A DNA stretch of 32,000 nucleotides, taken from Gemmataceae bacterium. Lineage in GTDB: Bacteria > Planctomycetota > Planctomycetia > Gemmatales > Gemmataceae. Below the pieces are notes generated by a model, which was given only the letters and a program-made list of their open reading frames with translations, was not told the DNA's origin and did not search any database. Both the position numbers and the translations under genes were made by a program. Each line of letters opens with the position of its first letter. Within the stretch, counting starts at the first letter, position 1. Below are positions 31,719 to 32,000 of this stretch, one piece after another. The stretch covers positions 34,867 through 66,866 of the forward strand of contig DATBGU010000075.1 in NCBI GenBank assembly GCA_036557825.1, read 5' to 3'.

Positions 31719-32000
31719 GCTTCAGTCCTCCGATCATGCCGCTGTTCGGACGCGGCAAGAGAAAGCAAGGAGTGTTCCAAACTCGACCATTGGAGAGAGG
31801 ACAGCGCAAGTCATTTGGAGTTCAGCAATTAAAAGTTTACGCCGGCAAGAATGAAAGGCGGTTGCGGAGGAAGTGTCGAACGAAGGGTGTCGAAATGTCA
31901 GCGCGCGTCGAGCCATCGACGGCGGTTTCGGCGGAGTCAGGAGACCTGAACCGAGCGCGGTCGTCGCCGGTCACGGTGGGGCCAAGGCTGCCATCTGGCC

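Noticed and set aside
31873-32000. A direct repeat GTGTCGAA (31873-31880 and 31887-31894) followed by an ATG-initiated ORF (31895 onward) running off the window. A minus-strand frame is also open from the window edge and ends at 31734.
   Set aside because: The repeat is only 8 bp. The partial ORFs are under 40 codons visible or low complexity, with no recognisable motif. No call is possible from this window.

Overview
This is a high-GC bacterial chromosome segment. Hand-counted 60-nt lines in the flanks give 63-72% G+C. The gene content suggests Planctomycetota, but that is an inference made without database access. It rests on a DUF1559-type domain, an N-terminal LEPLEDRxLPS motif, a CRTAC1/ASPIC FG-GAP protein, a multiheme-TPR protein and a zinc-ribbon Ser/Thr kinase.

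I support 20 protein-coding genes, one low-confidence gene remnant, four perfect GC-rich palindromic elements and a few candidate regulatory structures. I recognised no rRNA, tRNA, CRISPR array, transposase or integrase.

Main observations:
1. The two minus-strand ORFs at 3210..3596 and 3624..4388 share one frame and are separated by a single TGA. That TGA sits exactly at the redox-active residue of a deiodinase-like thioredoxin-fold motif (IFGSFT-TGA-GPY). Together they form a secreted EF-hand/deiodinase-like selenoprotein candidate, with a SECIS-like hairpin 10 nt downstream of the TGA.
2. A lower-GC island of about 10 kb (~16.5-26.3 kb; sampled lines 42-55% G+C) carries a tightly packed seven-gene minus-strand operon. 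In order it encodes a GMC flavoprotein, a PSD-like decarboxylase, a VAO-type flavoprotein, a duplicated class-III aminotransferase, an Mpo1/DUF962-like membrane protein, a SAM methyltransferase and a GT4 glycosyltransferase. An LpxH-like metallophosphoesterase is transcribed divergently. I cannot match this set to a described pathway. An amino-/glyco-lipid head-group pathway is a testable hypothesis.
3. A family of perfect 21-26 bp-arm palindromes sits at gene 3' ends. One copy shows compensatory double substitutions.
4. An unrelated perfect palindrome is wedged between an RND permease and its adaptor, which are in the unusual order permease then adaptor.

All family assignments come from motif recognition by eye and need HMM/BLAST confirmation.
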